A stretch of DNA of 64,000 nucleotides from a virus, in the IMG/VR virus record IMGVR_UViG_3300050821_023931, positions 1 through 64,000 of that record; one strand, written 5' to 3'. The position numbers and the translations under genes were made by a program. This document shows, piece by piece, positions 1-12,500 of this stretch; the first letter of the stretch is position 1, and each line of letters starts with the position of its first letter. A model generated the notes under the pieces. The model was not told the origin of the DNA. It searched no databases and was given only the letters and a program-made list of their open reading frames with translations.

Positions 1-242
1 TGTTTCCGGCCTCCAATTGAGGTGCTTCAACATCATGTTAGTTATAAACTCCTTTATTTCAGTATAATCCATACAATATTGTTTCTCTAAAACTGACCAT
101 ATGTGATCATAATCAACAGCCAAATAATGATTTTTTCTATTGTACATCACAGTATATCCTTCCGAATCTTTAATAATGATATTACCTGGATATTCTTTGT
201 CTAAAGAAACACTCCCTAACTTCGATATCAAAAAATCCTCCG
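1..242 (-). repeat. Dispersed repeat copy A (partner 41403-41644)
   Basis: Ungapped alignment of 1-240 with 41403-41642 gives 39 mismatches by hand count; 179-242 equals 41581-41644 exactly (64 nt). Confidence 0.95.
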
Positions 243-573
243 ATGATAAGGATTTAAATATTTTCCATTTCGCTAGAAGTAGGTTTTTAGTAACTAATAA
301 AGGACCAAAATCATGAGAACCTTCCATCACAATTACTGTTTCCTGACTATCCAGTTTAACATATAAACCACCTCTTAACAATTCACAACAAATACTAATA
401 CCTTTGTTATTTACTATCATATCAATAGCTTCTTGAAAATTCAAATTAAAATCTTCGGGTATTATTTTATCCACACCTTCTTGAAATGTTGAATCAAAAA
501 TTTCTTCCTTTTTTAGTTCTTGTAATTGTTGGATGCCTTTATTCCAAGCAAATAAATCTCTTTTATTTTTCAT
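1..573 (-). CDS. Hypothetical protein running off the left edge; its C-terminal visible 80 codons are a paralog of ORF 41364-41651
   Basis: Not in the ORF track. Hand translation from ATG at 573 (overlaps the stop of 570-1199) is open to position 1: MKNKRDLFAW...KWKIFKSLSSEDFLISKLGSVSLDKEYPGN...KHLNWRPET. Confidence 0.85.
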   Translation of the reverse strand, partial: MKNKRDLFAWNKGIQQLQELKKEEIFDSTFQEGVDKIIPEDFNLNFQEAIDMIVNNKGISICCELLRGGLYVKLDSQETVIVMEGSHDFGPLLVTKNLLLAKWKIFKSLSSEDFLISKLGSVSLDKEYPGNIIIKDSEGYTVMYNRKNHYLAVDYDHIWSVLEKQYCMDYTEIKEFITNMMLKHLNWRPET

Positions 574-1199
574 AACAATAGCCGTTTTTGGTTTATGTTG
601 TCTAAAAGGGCCTGGTGATTCTCACCAAACATTAAAGCTATTTTAGATGTTAAATTTACGGTTGCTTTCTTCAACTCTATAAAGAAAAGCTCAAGATCTA
701 CGGAATAGTCAACCACTATTTGATCAGGAAAAATGTATCCGATTAATGGTAATTTCTCAAAAGGAATGTCTATACAATCTTTTTGATCACCCATATACCT
801 TCTGTATGTTTTTTTACCACCAACATTAGATTCAAGGGCTACTTCCCAATCGAATTGATACCCATAACCATAAATGCTACTACCTATATTACCAGAAAAT
901 CTGCTTGGGTTATTAATACCATTACTTTTTAGGTCATCAAAACAAGAATTACCAATTATAGTTCGATAAATTATAACTTTTCGGATTCTCATTAGAGCTT
1001 CATGATACTCTATTACAGCTAATTTAATAGCCTGCTGAAGATCAATGAAAGTATGAGATTCAAATCCTTGTATATTTAGTGTTGTTAAAATTTCCTTTGG
1101 TGTATTATTAACAAAGAACTTACCTTCCTTATTAATATGAATATCAAACTCGGTTTTAATACCTTGAATTTCAAAATGTATTTTCTTAAACTTAGGCAT
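570..1199 (-). CDS. Hypothetical protein (probable early gene)
   Basis: 209-aa ORF preceded by TATATTTG. Confidence 0.7.
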   Translation of the reverse strand: MPKFKKIHFEIQGIKTEFDIHINKEGKFFVNNTPKEILTTLNIQGFESHTFIDLQQAIKLAVIEYHEALMRIRKVIIYRTIIGNSCFDDLKSNGINNPSRFSGNIGSSIYGYGYQFDWEVALESNVGGKKTYRRYMGDQKDCIDIPFEKLPLIGYIFPDQIVVDYSVDLELFFIELKKATVNLTSKIALMFGENHQALLDNINQKRLLL

Positions 1200-1218
1200 G
1201 ATTATATGTTTTAATACG

Positions 1219-1226
1219 CAAATATA
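1219..1226 (-). promoter_or_regulatory. Bacteroidota-type -7 promoter element TAnnTTTG (TATATTTG)
   Basis: Matches the Bacteroidota primary-sigma -7 consensus, ~20 nt upstream of the ATG at 1199. Confidence 0.7.
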
Positions 1227-1318
1227 ACAATATCTAAAACATTATACGTATTTTAGATATAAATGTTTTGAATTCACAAATATAATAATTAATTTTGATA
1301 CCTAAACCAGATAAAAAT

Positions 1319-1648
1319 ATGAAACAATTAAGATTTACAACAACTGAGCCTACGGGTATGGCTGGTATATTTTCTACACCATCTGATTTACTTGTAACAG
1401 TAGACAATGTTAATGAATTGATTAATAATGGTATCAAAGGACGTACTGCTTATATTCATGCGGATGCTGAAAACCTAGCAGGTTTCGATATACCACATTT
1501 TATCGATGGTGATATGGGTCAATTAGATCTTCCTATTGGTGAACAGAATATTGTAATGCTTCTGAAAAATGGTGAATATAAATGTCAGGCAGTCCTTCAA
1601 AATAGTGTTTTCGCACAAAATGCTTATTTGATTACACTCAAGAAATAA
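1319..1648 (+). CDS. Hypothetical protein
   Basis: ORF 1295-1648; ATG at 1319 is the likelier start. Confidence 0.6.
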   Translation: MKQLRFTTTEPTGMAGIFSTPSDLLVTVDNVNELINNGIKGRTAYIHADAENLAGFDIPHFIDGDMGQLDLPIGEQNIVMLLKNGEYKCQAVLQNSVFAQNAYLITLKK

Positions 1649-1654
1649 CTTTCT

Positions 1655-1951
1655 ATGGAAACCAAAAAAATAGTATGTAAAGTTGAGGTCGTAAGTGATG
1701 ATTATATTAATATGAATTGCCTTGTTCATGACTCGGGTATTTATGAAAGTCGTCGTTTCAAACGTAATTTGATTGAATATGCTATTATTGAAAGTATACT
1801 TAATGGTGAATCTGATTTAAACTTAAACAGTTATATCACTATAACTATAGTGACAAAGCCTGGAAGTATGCTTACTACATTTACTGTAGCAACTCCAGAT
1901 GAAGTCAGAATATGGTATAATAGTTGTAAAAATGTTGAGCAGAAAATATGA
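1655..1951 (+). CDS. Hypothetical protein
   Basis: 98-aa ORF with ATGA overlap to the next gene. Confidence 0.65.
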   Translation: METKKIVCKVEVVSDDYINMNCLVHDSGIYESRRFKRNLIEYAIIESILNGESDLNLNSYITITIVTKPGSMLTTFTVATPDEVRIWYNSCKNVEQKI

Positions 1952-2658
1952 AATTAAAAAAGTTCAGTAAAAATACTAAGACAGAAGATTTAGTCAAAGC
2001 CTTATCTATTTATGTTCAAAATATAGATCATGAAGCGTTAACAAGTACGAATGAAATACTTCACTGTCTTGATAATTATAATGATACATCACCAAATGAT
2101 TTTTATCTTTTCGGAATATACAATGATACTGATCATGTAGTAGGATTCTTACAATTTGTACATTTTAAGAAAGGAAAAATATTATTCATTGATTATATCG
2201 TGTTAGGCACCATAAGTAGATCTAAAGGTAGCTTTCAGGAAGTAATAGAGTTATTGAAAGTGTTTCTAATTAAAAATAAAATCGATTTTGATTATATTAT
2301 TTGTGAAGTTGAAGATAACCAGGGAAAAACAAGTTTGATTCGTTTATATAAAATGTTAGGCTTCAAAAAATTTGATATTCCATATGTTCAGCCCTATATC
2401 AGTAATAATTTTGATTTAGAGTTACTTGATGAAAGTTTCAATCAACCTTATGCTTTAATGGTTTATACTGACAAGACTGAAGTTGATAAGTATGAATTTT
2501 TGCGTATTTTGAATGTAATCTATTATGATCATTACAAAAAATGGTATGAAATGTTTCTAACAGACAACGAAATGTTAATTTATACGTATCATATAGATGT
2601 AATGAAAGCCAATCTAATCGGACACCTTGAAAAGGTTGGTATTGTAACTATCAAATAA
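1948..2658 (+). CDS. GNAT-family N-acetyltransferase
   Basis: VGFLQF...FIDYIVL...RSKGSF (motif A-like), IICEVE...IRLYKMLGFKK (motif B-like), YVQP. Confidence 0.7.
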   Translation: MKLKKFSKNTKTEDLVKALSIYVQNIDHEALTSTNEILHCLDNYNDTSPNDFYLFGIYNDTDHVVGFLQFVHFKKGKILFIDYIVLGTISRSKGSFQEVIELLKVFLIKNKIDFDYIICEVEDNQGKTSLIRLYKMLGFKKFDIPYVQPYISNNFDLELLDESFNQPYALMVYTDKTEVDKYEFLRILNVIYYDHYKKWYEMFLTDNEMLIYTYHIDVMKANLIGHLEKVGIVTIK

Positions 2659-2670
2659 CCCTTTTATTTT

Positions 2671-3102
2671 ATGGAAAACAAAAACTTTAGTATTGAAGAG
2701 TGTGAAGATTTAGTGGTATCTGTACCGGTAAAAACTATTCTGAAGATATGTAATCCTTTAGAATATGTTTGTTGGTGTGATCTTGATACACCTATAACTC
2801 CTGAAGAAGTATTTGAATACTCAAACAATAATCCTGGCCTAACTCAGCATATACAATCTGAGAAGTTTACCAGATTAGATCATATCAAGAAAATTACTTA
2901 TTTTTTACAAAATGATGCATTAGATCCAATAGAAATGGATGTGGGTGTTCCTGCTTTAGGATGTTATATTGAATGGATGATAATGGATGGTAATCACCGT
3001 TTCTTTGCTGCTATTCTAAAAAATCAAACCAATGTAAGAGTTGGTATATCTGGGTGTATAAGTTATGCTAAAGAACTAGGTCTTTTACCTTCAAAATTTT
3101 AA
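2671..3102 (+). CDS. ParB/Srx-like domain protein
   Basis: DPIEMD...IMDGNHRFFAA motif. Confidence 0.7.
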   Translation: MENKNFSIEECEDLVVSVPVKTILKICNPLEYVCWCDLDTPITPEEVFEYSNNNPGLTQHIQSEKFTRLDHIKKITYFLQNDALDPIEMDVGVPALGCYIEWMIMDGNHRFFAAILKNQTNVRVGISGCISYAKELGLLPSKF

Positions 3103-3114
3103 AAATAATTACAA

Positions 3115-3273
3115 ATGAAAAAGTGGGAATATAAAGTATTAGTTATGAATACTGAGAAGGAAGAAGAAAAAATGAATGAATTAGGTAAGGAGGGTTGGAA
3201 ATTAGTTTCCGTAAGACATTCTCCTATTGGTTTACATTCATATTATTTTAAAAGACCTTTAGGATTACAATAA
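3115..3273 (+). CDS. DUF4177-like small protein (52 aa)
   Basis: Not in track. MKKWEYKVL...MNELGKEGWKLVSV...YYFKRP fits the DUF4177 pattern. Confidence 0.75.
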   Translation: MKKWEYKVLVMNTEKEEEKMNELGKEGWKLVSVRHSPIGLHSYYFKRPLGLQ

Positions 3274-3861
3274 AGGTTCCGTTGATATTTCCTCTGGTTG
3301 ATTCCGGCCCTTACCCATTTTCTTAAGTTTCTCCTTACCCATATCAAGAAGTCTTTTATATTTCTTTACAGGTCTATCAGTTGGTTCTGGTGTTTTTGAA
3401 GCTGGGTTAGTTGTTCCGTATACTTGAGTAGATCTATTAGTAATATCAAACGATTCTTTTTTAGAAGTTTCAATAACATGATTTTGTATTCTAACTATTT
3501 CTGGAAGCCATGTATTATCTTTGGTGATACCATCAATAGTAACCATGAATACTTTTTTACTGTTATCTGAAAAAGTTAATCTAACCAACCCTTTTATTTG
3601 ATCACTCATATTATGAAATGTAGAAAGGTAAGGATCTACAGTATTCCATACAATACCAAGAGGTTTTTGAAATGATGTATCGAAGAAAACACTATTTAAA
3701 CTTTCAGTGATATATTTTCGCCAATCATCTAGTGAAAAATTAGATTTTGTTATGAAAGGAATTTCAAAATACTTATTTTTGTGTAAGTATTCGGTAAACC
3801 TATCACCTTCGGTTTTAGCTTGATTGCTCTTGATGAAATTATTATAGTTCATTACTGTCAT
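3265..3861 (-). CDS. Hypothetical protein, possible internal head protein
   Basis: 198 aa; N-terminus MTVMNYNNFIKSNQAKTE; CATATATAA element directly upstream. Confidence 0.6.
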   Translation of the reverse strand: MTVMNYNNFIKSNQAKTEGDRFTEYLHKNKYFEIPFITKSNFSLDDWRKYITESLNSVFFDTSFQKPLGIVWNTVDPYLSTFHNMSDQIKGLVRLTFSDNSKKVFMVTIDGITKDNTWLPEIVRIQNHVIETSKKESFDITNRSTQVYGTTNPASKTPEPTDRPVKKYKRLLDMGKEKLKKMGKGRNQPEEISTEPLL

Positions 3862-3876
3862 AATATTATATATGCA

Positions 3877-3902
3877 AAACTTTACTTATTAATCTTATAT
3901 TA
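3877..3902 (+). promoter_or_regulatory. Bipartite phage promoter AAACTTT-N12-TATATTA
   Basis: Same two-box, 12-nt spacing found at 7 other gene starts. Confidence 0.7.
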
Positions 3903-3907
3903 CAATT

Positions 3908-5086
3908 ATGGATATAGTTTATATTTCAGGACTTATAACAGAGATATTAAAGAAGGTTCATAAAGAACCACTTAAACATATTATAGATGATTCTAAAGGA
4001 GATCGTATAGTGTTTGCTTGTCCTTATTGTGGAGACTCTGATACGAACCCTGGTATAAAACGAGGTAATCTTCACTTTGATACCTGGCATTACAAATGTT
4101 ACAATGGTGGTTGTGGTAAATGGTGTTATCTCGATGATATATTAAAAGACTATTCATCTGATATAGATCCATTGAAAAAATTAGAAATGTTGGAGCAGCT
4201 TGATATATCCAAAGAGGAAAGTAAAAAATTTCAAGAATCTAAAATATTAAGTAATAAACTATCAGATTATCTTAAGAAGTTTGTTCATATTGATGATTTA
4301 GTAAATAAGATGGAGACCACCAGGAATATTTTCACTAATCTTAAACCAGTAGATCCTAAATCAGATGTTGGTAGATTTTTATCTGGTAGACATTTGAATA
4401 TTAATGATAATCTGTACGAAGCTGATTATTGGTATTCGGATGAGGCAACTTTCTCACAAAGAGTACTTGTAATATTTAACCGTGATAAAGAAAAGATAAT
4501 AGGTATGCAACTTAGATTTATTGCTAAGAATGCAAAACTAAGATATAAAACATCTACGTTTACCGAAATATATGAACTTGTCTATGGTGAAAAATTGACT
4601 CCAGAAGAAAGTTCTGTTTATGATAGAGTTGGTTATATATTTAATATTTTAAATATTGATTTTAATAAACCTGTCACCGTTTTCGAAGGGTATCTTGATA
4701 GTACTATTTTTCCTAATTCTGTTGGTATGACTGGTACAGAAACTGATATTAAATTTCTTTCTGAACAAGGTATTAAATTCAGATTCTTCTTTGATTATGA
4801 TAATGCTGGCCATATTGAAACAGAAGATCATATTAATGCCGGTGATACTGTATTTCTATGGGGTAAGTTTCTTAAATTATTACAAGCTCATTATAAAGAA
4901 GAAGGTGCTTCTATAGTAAGGCAGTTTAATTCTAAAAAAAGAGATTTAAATGAATGGATCACGGCACCTTATTATACAAATAAAATTGATTTAGAATCCT
5001 GTTTTTCTATGGATAAATTAGATATAATGTATACCATAAAACCTACTAAGAAATTAAGAAAACCGTTCGTTAAGAAAAGTTTGTAA
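3908..5086 (+). CDS. DNA primase, T4 gp61-like
   Basis: Zn finger CPYCGDS...YKCYNGGC; TOPRIM FEGYLDS and FDYDNAG. Confidence 0.9.
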   Translation: MDIVYISGLITEILKKVHKEPLKHIIDDSKGDRIVFACPYCGDSDTNPGIKRGNLHFDTWHYKCYNGGCGKWCYLDDILKDYSSDIDPLKKLEMLEQLDISKEESKKFQESKILSNKLSDYLKKFVHIDDLVNKMETTRNIFTNLKPVDPKSDVGRFLSGRHLNINDNLYEADYWYSDEATFSQRVLVIFNRDKEKIIGMQLRFIAKNAKLRYKTSTFTEIYELVYGEKLTPEESSVYDRVGYIFNILNIDFNKPVTVFEGYLDSTIFPNSVGMTGTETDIKFLSEQGIKFRFFFDYDNAGHIETEDHINAGDTVFLWGKFLKLLQAHYKEEGASIVRQFNSKKRDLNEWITAPYYTNKIDLESCFSMDKLDIMYTIKPTKKLRKPFVKKSL

Positions 5087-6056
5087 ATAGAACTCTTATT
5101 ATTTGTGAAATAGGAAATATTGATACAACATCTTTTGTAAAGACTGCTTGTTTATCTCTTCTATTACACCATTCTATTGAGCTATTAGATGTGTTAATTT
5201 GCGTTAGTAAAGAACCTACAGTATTACTAAAAGCTGTGACTGATGTTAGCCCACCAGCATCAGAATAAGCAGATATTGCTGCTGGTGTACTGCATATAGT
5301 TGTCCCAAAGGTATTATAAAAAGCATTATCTATTAAATATCCCGAATTTATAGTAGCAAAACCAGCATCTATTGTCATTGCTGGATCACTAAATTTTCTA
5401 ACAATTAAATTTGTTAGGTTCCAAGTAAAATATGTCGTTGTAGTACCACCACCACGACCTGAAGGACCAACTCTGAATTCTAAAAAACTGTTTGGGTGTG
5501 GTCTTATGAAAACTAGACAAATAGCTGATGCTGTTGCTGGTAGAGGACCACTAGCATTTCCTGCAAATATAATAAAATTAGCAGTTACCCATTGGAAGTT
5601 TAAAACTTTATTAATTATAACATCTTGATAGTATCCGGTACCTAAAATATAATCTGTTAATTGTAAAACCCCAGGCCCTATTTTAGGTGTCATATTTCTA
5701 TATACATGTACACTTTGAGGTACTGCATTTCCTTTATATAATACGTTATATGGTGTAACAGTTGTATCAGATGGTTTTTCAGAATTTTGTACTATATCTA
5801 AATATAAAACATTTGTTGGTGTATATGCTAAAGTTCCTGCTGGTATTTTAAAAATCTCATTGTTATACTTTGCATAACCTTCAGTCCAGCTCAAGGTACT
5901 ATTTAATAATTGTAATTTAAAACCACTAACAATTGCATTCTTACCGACTTGTGTCCCTGTTATATTTGGAAATATTTCTGAATAAGCATTTTGTAAATGT
6001 AGTAAATCCTGTGATGAGAAAGGATGTCCTGGTAGAGTTATAGCTAATTTTTTCAT
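5070..6056 (-). CDS. Putative tail fibre/receptor-binding-associated protein
   Basis: N-terminal GHPF..QDLLHLQNAY...IVSG...EG...NNEIF..PAG resembles Bacteroidota phage fibre N-termini; T/S/G-rich C-terminus; co-oriented with the giant structural gene. Confidence 0.5.
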   Translation of the reverse strand: MKKLAITLPGHPFSSQDLLHLQNAYSEIFPNITGTQVGKNAIVSGFKLQLLNSTLSWTEGYAKYNNEIFKIPAGTLAYTPTNVLYLDIVQNSEKPSDTTVTPYNVLYKGNAVPQSVHVYRNMTPKIGPGVLQLTDYILGTGYYQDVIINKVLNFQWVTANFIIFAGNASGPLPATASAICLVFIRPHPNSFLEFRVGPSGRGGGTTTTYFTWNLTNLIVRKFSDPAMTIDAGFATINSGYLIDNAFYNTFGTTICSTPAAISAYSDAGGLTSVTAFSNTVGSLLTQINTSNSSIEWCNRRDKQAVFTKDVVSIFPISQIIRVLFTNFS

Positions 6057-6064
6057 TCTTTTAT

Positions 6065-6562
6065 TTAGTAATTTTCATAGAATTTTATATAAAGATTCTT
6101 CGTTATATCGTCACCATTATATATATAAACTATTTTTTGTGGGATGTCTAGGTAATAAAGAAAATCATTAGCTATTTCTGACTCATCATAACTATTCATA
6201 ATTATTTTTTCAGGTAATGAAATATTACTATTAAGTGGTTGTTGTGTGATTTGTATATTAAAGTTATCCTCAACATATATGTTAAAAGCTGTTGAAAATG
6301 TACCCTGACAATGTATCGCTTTTCCATAACCATAAGGTGTATCTGTTCTGTTCTCTAATGTTATTGATAAAAGTTCCACCGAGGCCCCCTGTATCAATTG
6401 TACTACGGGATAACCATCACCCCTAGATACATGTTCGATGAAATTAGCATTGGATTCAATAATTATATTATAATAATATAAAGTAAGCAAAATATCATCC
6501 GTATTAAAGATAATTTCATTATCTATATTCTGTGGGACTCTAAAATTTACATTTGTGTTCAT
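6065..6562 (-). CDS. Hypothetical virion/baseplate-associated protein
   Basis: 165 aa, in an operon between two structural-type genes. Confidence 0.5.
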   Translation of the reverse strand: MNTNVNFRVPQNIDNEIIFNTDDILLTLYYYNIIIESNANFIEHVSRGDGYPVVQLIQGASVELLSITLENRTDTPYGYGKAIHCQGTFSTAFNIYVEDNFNIQITQQPLNSNISLPEKIIMNSYDESEIANDFLYYLDIPQKIVYIYNGDDITKNLYIKFYENY

Positions 6563-6571
6563 CTATAATAT

Positions 6572-9500
6572 TTATGATAATTGTATAGCTATAAAATAGC
6601 TTGTTCCAATAATAAGGTTTGATGTTGTTGGTTTATTAACCTTAGCAACAAACATAGTAGTACTGTTTGTTATAATATTACTACCATTGTATATGTAACT
6701 AGTTTGTTGTATCAAACCGTTAGGGTCAATCCCTGAATTTATAGTTAAAGACCCTGAACCCGTTTTAGGATTTGGTGTAATTGTAAATTCATTTACTATT
6801 CCTGTTGTTAAATCATAATTATTCAAGGTAATTAATAATATAAGATCATTATTAGCAACATTCTGAACATAATCAATAGTACTTATAGTTGTTGCTGAAG
6901 AATAATCTACAACACCACTTGTTGAATGGAATGGTTCACCTATAAGCTCTGTTTTATGGAAATGTTCGATAGCACCTTGAGCAAGTGATGGTAAATCTGT
7001 ACTAAGTGTTCCATCACCATATTTACTATTATTATGTCTAAATGTATAATTAAAACTGTTACCATAATTTATATTACTAACTAAATTTATTGATGGTATA
7101 GTATTGTAATAATTATATTTATTTGATAATTGATTATAATCTAATGGTAAAGGTAGTTGAGTAGAATTATCTATAGTTGTAGCATTTCTTAATTTAAAAT
7201 TCAAGGCTGCTCCAGGATCTACAGTATTACCAGAAGTTGAAGATCCAGAAACATACACATTACCAATTATAGCAAAAGATGAAATTAAAATCTTTCTATC
7301 CATTTTAGTATCATTATCTAATATAGAGCCACCAAGCATGTGTCCATTAAATACAGAATGGAAACCTCGACCAGTACTTAATTTATTTGTAGCTCTTGTG
7401 AAAATACTACTTGTTGATATATGATTGTAAATATTGCTAAGTGTTGTGGCTACTCTGTAACCAGAAATACTAGTAGGATCCATATCAGAAGTTATTGTAA
7501 ATGGGTCCATACTCATATACAATGATCTATTACGTGGATTGTTGTAAGAATTTAGATAGGTATTCCAATCATTAGATATTTCTACTTGTGTATCATTATA
7601 GTAACCGAAATAACCAGCTAACCAAATACCTCTGAACCAAAATCCGAGATTGAATTCTTGATAGCTTGTATTAACTAGACCTATATCATTTATAGGTTTT
7701 TGATTAAAGAAATCTTTATTTGGTGTTTCTTTATGTAAGAACATACCTCTCATCCAAACACCACCATGCCATATAGAACCTCTCATAATACCATTTATCC
7801 AAATAGAGGCGAAGTTATCTACATTACCAGTAAACCTGTAAGGATTTAATAAACTAAGATCTTGTGTAGTTAAACTTATTGATGTTATACCAGCTGTACC
7901 ATAAGTTCCATTAAATTTTTGATTATCAACATTAATTGTTGCTGATTGAGCTATATTTCTAGTACCTGTATTATCCGTTACATTAAATGACCAGTTATAA
8001 CCAAGCATCTGATTATAATAATTTGATACTATATTAGTAGGACTCAATAATTTCATATTGTCCATAACACTTAATACATCATAAGATCTAGTATTTGATT
8101 CTCCGGAAGTACCATTTGTTCCACTGGTTCCATAGATATTATCTAAATCATATTCAATAGTTAATTTATTACGTTGATACTGAAGATATACTTGATTGGA
8201 TCCTGAAGTACCAGCAGTACCTGATGTTGCTGCCATTGATATTGTAGGTATATCATTTACAACATAACCAGATCTCCATACAGACAAATCAAATACACCA
8301 CCTTCAAATACACCACAATCCCAAACAGATCTCCAGAAAGTTGAATTCGTTACTTCTGTTTCATCACCAGCATTTGCAACTATTGTTGTATGTGTATCGT
8401 CTGTTGTCCAATAACCTTTTTTCCAACGACTCTCACTGAAAGTACTTATTAAATTATCTGAAATAACGATACCATTTTGAACGAATTTACCATTGCTTGC
8501 TACCCATAATCCACCATCCCATACAGATCCATAAAATAAACCTTTCCTGAATTTCGATTGATAATTGAATTTACTTACATAATAATTATCAACAAAAATA
8601 TCGGTAGCTAAATTATACCAAGATGAATGTTTGAATATACCATTCTTCCATATACCTCTTGTCCATACAGCTGAGTAAATACTATTTAAAGGAACAGCTT
8701 TAAGACTCTTCCAAATACTGCTTATAGAGGTTTGATTGTTGAATAAATTAATACCGGTAATCGTTTGTGTATTTGATATAATAGATTCATTAAATGACAC
8801 AGACTCATTATTAAATCCTGAATCATCAGATATTAATTGTACATTATCACCAATACAATCACCAAAAATAATTTCATTTGGATCTGTAACATCGTCAACG
8901 ATACCCCCAAGCCAAACAGCATTTATAAATTTACCACCCTTAAATTTACTTTGTGTAACATCATAAGAGTCAATAACATAATTATTTAGTAATATTGCTT
9001 CACCACTAGCTGCTGTGTTGTATACAGCAGACCAAGAATCAGTTAAATTTTTGTTTTGAAATATAAGTTTTCCATTAACAGCTATACCATTACTATCTAA
9101 ATCAGAAGTATAAGTTACAGGGTAAAGATTACTCTTAAAAGCTGTAGAAACATTTTTAAGAATAGTAGATATACCATTATTTATTGTACTAGATCCTAAA
9201 GGTAATGAATTTATTACTTGAGAATAGAATGGTACACCGTTGTTAGAAATAGTAAATGTTAAATTTCCAGTAAACATATTACTAACCAGATTGAAATCTG
9301 ATGCTACATCAATACTAAAATATTTATCTTCATTTTGTAGAGATTTAGAATGCCATATACCACCATAGAATATACCACCACGGAATTCACCTCTGTACCA
9401 CTGACCACCTAACCAAAGAGAACTAACTTTTGGTAAAAGTAATGCTTCATCATTAATAGTATTACTAATCTGAACACCGAACTGTTGTGTAAAGTCAGAA

Positions 9501-12500
9501 TCCCATGTGTATGTTTTAAGATTACCATTTATATCAGTAACAACTGGTGATTCCCAAATACCACCATACCATACAGAAGATTCTGTGGCTAATTGATAAT
9601 TATTCGTTATCAAACTATTATTACCTGTATTATAGCTTTGACCATTAGGTAAATAATTCGCTGTGTTTCTACTGTACCATACACCACCAGTCCATATAGA
9701 ATATGGTAAATTATAATTTAAATTTTGATCAAAACTAAACCAACTACCAGATCGCCATTCACCATTAGACCATCTACCTCTTAACCATTCGGTATTATAA
9801 TGAACACCACCATTATTAAAACCGCCTATCCAAAGAGTATTGTAAAGTGTAGCACCTTCATTAACACCATATTTCCATATAAGTTTAAGTGAACTATTAT
9901 TATGTCCAGCCATCATAACACCAGATCTGAAAATATCGCTCATGAAGACACCATTATAGAATATAGAATCTCTTGATACTGAATTAATATCCCACTGAGC
10001 ATCTTCTGTGTTAGGTGTCACAACAAAAGTTTCTGTCTCTGTCCAACCACCATTTGTACCAAAACTATTACTTGCTGCTGTATGAAGTGTTATATCAGAC
10101 TCTGGACCTAATGAAAGATTTTGATTTAAGAATAATGTATTGTTTGTTTTGTAACGTATTATGTTTACACCATATTCACCAACTGTAAAGTTATTAAGTG
10201 TAAACCCATTTACCTTTTTATTCATATCTACAATTGCATAAAAAGAATCTTCTCTTAAATAATCATTAAACCTTACATAAACAAGGTCACCTGTTAAAAA
10301 TGGTTTTCCTGTAAGATCTATTGTAATCGTATAATTAGTATCATTAGTTGTTTTAACAAGTTCTGTTAAACCACCCCAATAATAACTTTCTGTATCACTG
10401 AACCATTGTGCTGTTGCTCCTGATGTAGAACCGAAGGCACCATTTCTAAAATTACCACCATTCCAAATACCATTGAATATCAGACCATCAAAATCTCCAC
10501 CATTCCAAACGTTATTACTTAAATAAGCTGTAGATAATGTATAAGTAAATGGTAAAGTGTCTGTATCACTAATCAAAGTATAATTAGTGATATCTTGATC
10601 ACCTGTAATTGTTAAAGGTTGATCCGAGAATAAAGTAATTTCTTCAGAATCAATAACAACATTAACAGCTTTAGGTAATGTTATTTGAACCGTTGCTAAT
10701 AAACCAAACGGATCATAACTATAATTCGTTATTCTAAATACACGACTTCTTGAACTACCTAGTAAATAAGAATTAACACCAGAAAAACCTCTTAATGTAA
10801 TGTAATCATTAACATTCCATAATAAATCATTCGCTGATGGGATCGTTAATGTTAATGTATTATTTGTAAATGATACTCTGTTATTTAATAGTAAATAATT
10901 TTCACCAAAGAAACTACTTTGTAAAGTTGTTGCTACGTATGTTCCTGAAGCCGGAATATATTGATTATAAGTAACAGATTTAAATTTCGATGTACCATTA
11001 CTGAAACCATATCTATCAAGGTTTAACCAGGCACCAGTATAGAAATCAAGATCTGTTTCACCAGATAAGAAAATTACATTATTTAATTTTCCTGATAATA
11101 CAGGATTAGAAGGGTTTACCGCACCTCTTAATGTATAGTTATTTACACTAGTTATGTCAGAATTCTCTATCATAATATCCTCACCAACGACTAAAGCACT
11201 AGACATTACTATACCTGTTTTTATAATATCTTTAAATGATATATTTGTTAAGGTAGTATCTGATGTTAAACTTATAGGGAAATTTGTTTGTACAAAATTA
11301 GTTCTGAATACCTGAGCGTATTGTGGTGCATATACAACAGCTTTATTTTGTGAAGCACTTAGAAATGTTGATATACCACTTGTTCCTGAATATTCTACAT
11401 ATACAGAATCCATTATAAGTGCACCTTTAACCCAGTTAAGTTTATCTGAAGCACTAATAAATTCTGGTGATGGATATTCAAGAAGAATTTCTATCTCTGA
11501 TTTAATAGAATTCAGATTTTTCTTATCTATAATTCTAAAAATTTGATTCATCCATATGTAAGGTTTTTGGCCTACTGGAAAGACATAAGATGGATCTGTA
11601 AGAGTATTTTCACACTGTATCGTAACATATAACTGATTATTTACTACAAATGTGCTAGTAACTGTTTGTTCACCAAATAATTCGATATACAATCTATTAA
11701 TATAAACATCTTCGCCAGGGACTTGAGATGATACTAATCCTGCTATAAATATATTTTGATTAGTCCATAAAGTAGCAATACTTATAGTTGAATCTAACCA
11801 TTCAGGCACATCACAAACAAGTAAAAGCTCTTCAATACCATTTGGATCAAATGATAATTTTCTAACTTCGTTTATATTTATTTTCTCTTCTTTAAATAAA
11901 CCTGGAATTCTTATAAGATCTGTTTTAGCTAACGGTGAAGCATCTTCTAAATACTGACCGTCTAAGTTATATAGTGCTGTTATTCTAAGAATAAGTTGAT
12001 TAGTATCAAGATTTAATTCAACATATGTTATATCATTTCTCCTTGAATCTGGTTCGATTCTACCAGATGCAAATGTAACATTATTATTGTCTGATAGTAC
12101 TAGACCTTCATGGAAAGTTGATATTGTTCCATTACCAAAATTTTCGAAAAGACCACCTTCAAAAATACCATCATACCATTCACCCTGGAAAATACCATTT
12201 AAGAATCTTGATTCTTTAGAATTATAGTTGTAATCTACATATTTTGGTGTATCCCATGAGCCAATAAATAAACCATTACTTGTATCAGAAATATAAGGAT
12301 CCCATACAGAACTTACAAGATGTGCTGTATATGGCGTTCCACCGACATTAAAGCTTACATTACCGGTTAAATATAAATTATACATCACACGTCCTGTAAT
12401 ATATGGTGAATTAACACTATCAAGAACAAAAGGATACGTTGTAGAATTTGTATGTTTGTAACCATTAATTAATACATCAACATCAAAATTTCTATTAGTA

